DNA from: a candidate division WWE3 bacterium CG_4_9_14_0_2_um_filter_35_11
GTDB taxonomy: Bacteria > Patescibacteriota > WWE3 > 2-01-FULL-39-13
Assembly (NCBI GenBank): GCA_002789015.1
Contig: PFSJ01000019.1
Coordinates: forward strand, 26,012-50,011
Direction: 5' to 3'
DNA length: 24,000 bases
In this document: positions 23,896-24,000 of the stretch, piece by piece
Layout: every line of letters starts with the position of its first letter
Numbering within the stretch: the first letter of the stretch is position 1
Notes under the pieces: generated by a model
Seen by the model: only the letters and a program-made list of their open reading frames with translations
Database searches by the model: none
Told to the model about the DNA's origin: nothing
Position numbers and translations under genes: made by a program

Positions 23896-24000
23896 TTAGT
23901 ACCTGTTGTTGGTAGCTGGGGCTTTTGGTCTTGCTTCGTTTACGACTAATGATCTTCCGTCGTGCTCTTTTCCATTAAACATTTCAATGGCTTTTTTGGC
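23896..24000 (-). CDS. RRM (RNP-1) RNA-binding protein, C-terminal 34 aa; the 5' part lies beyond the window end
   Basis: My translation is AKKAIEMFNGKEHDGRSLVVNEARPKAPATNNRY, ending at a stop codon. It matches the C-terminal strand pattern of bacterial RRM proteins (A...NG....GR.L.VNEA.P). It is not in the ORF track because it is truncated. Confidence 0.75.
   Translation of the reverse strand, partial: AKKAIEMFNGKEHDGRSLVVNEARPKAPATNNRY

Noticed and set aside
1-24000. Alternative genetic code (UGA as Gly or Trp, as in some reduced lineages), prompted by the three in-frame TGA codons at 23108-23167.
   Set aside because: TGA ends several well-defined genes at family-appropriate lengths, often in ATGA overlaps (3959, 15180, 16367, 11926). 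A global reassignment does not fit.

Overview
AT-rich, tightly packed bacterial DNA (my impression is about one-third GC). Many genes overlap or are translationally coupled, and convergent genes share stop codons. By inference the source is a reduced-genome bacterium of the CPR/Patescibacteria type; I could run no database search and annotated everything by eye from motifs. Standard code 11 fits, because TGA clearly ends several genes. Gene order: pcrA/uvrD-type helicase (partial), a Lon-like AAA+ ATPase with no protease domain, a small very acidic ORF, metG, vapBC module 1, a DedA/TVP38 membrane protein, a small membrane protein, rmuC, vapBC module 2, and an acylphosphatase-uppS-trans-prenyltransferase operon. 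A plus-strand glycolytic operon follows (class I aldolase, short pgk, ROK kinase). A long minus-strand glycan block follows: two SDR nucleotide-sugar epimerases, two GtrB/ArnC-like GT2 enzymes, a flippase-like membrane protein, a GT4, a sensor-less histidine kinase, a GH1 beta-glucosidase and a membrane-anchored clan GH-A hydrolase. The window ends with three orphan ORFs and a partial RRM RNA-binding gene with a strong terminator. The most unusual signal is a tiny repeat, GGGCTACCCT-N10-GGGCTACCCT. It occurs three times, each time inside a coding region (metG, the GH1 gene, the 3' end of the kinase gene), flanked by TTAT-type direct repeats (a perfect 8-bp duplication in metG). It is in frame in the first two genes and supplies a new C-terminus and stop in the third. 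This looks like an undescribed miniature insertion element that colonises ORFs. Second, almost every operon-first gene has a -10 box, often TGn-extended, ending 6-9 nt before its start codon with no Shine-Dalgarno sequence, which suggests leaderless mRNAs. Third, two orphan ORFs at 22343-23623 share one reading frame that is broken by three TGA codons within 60 nt.
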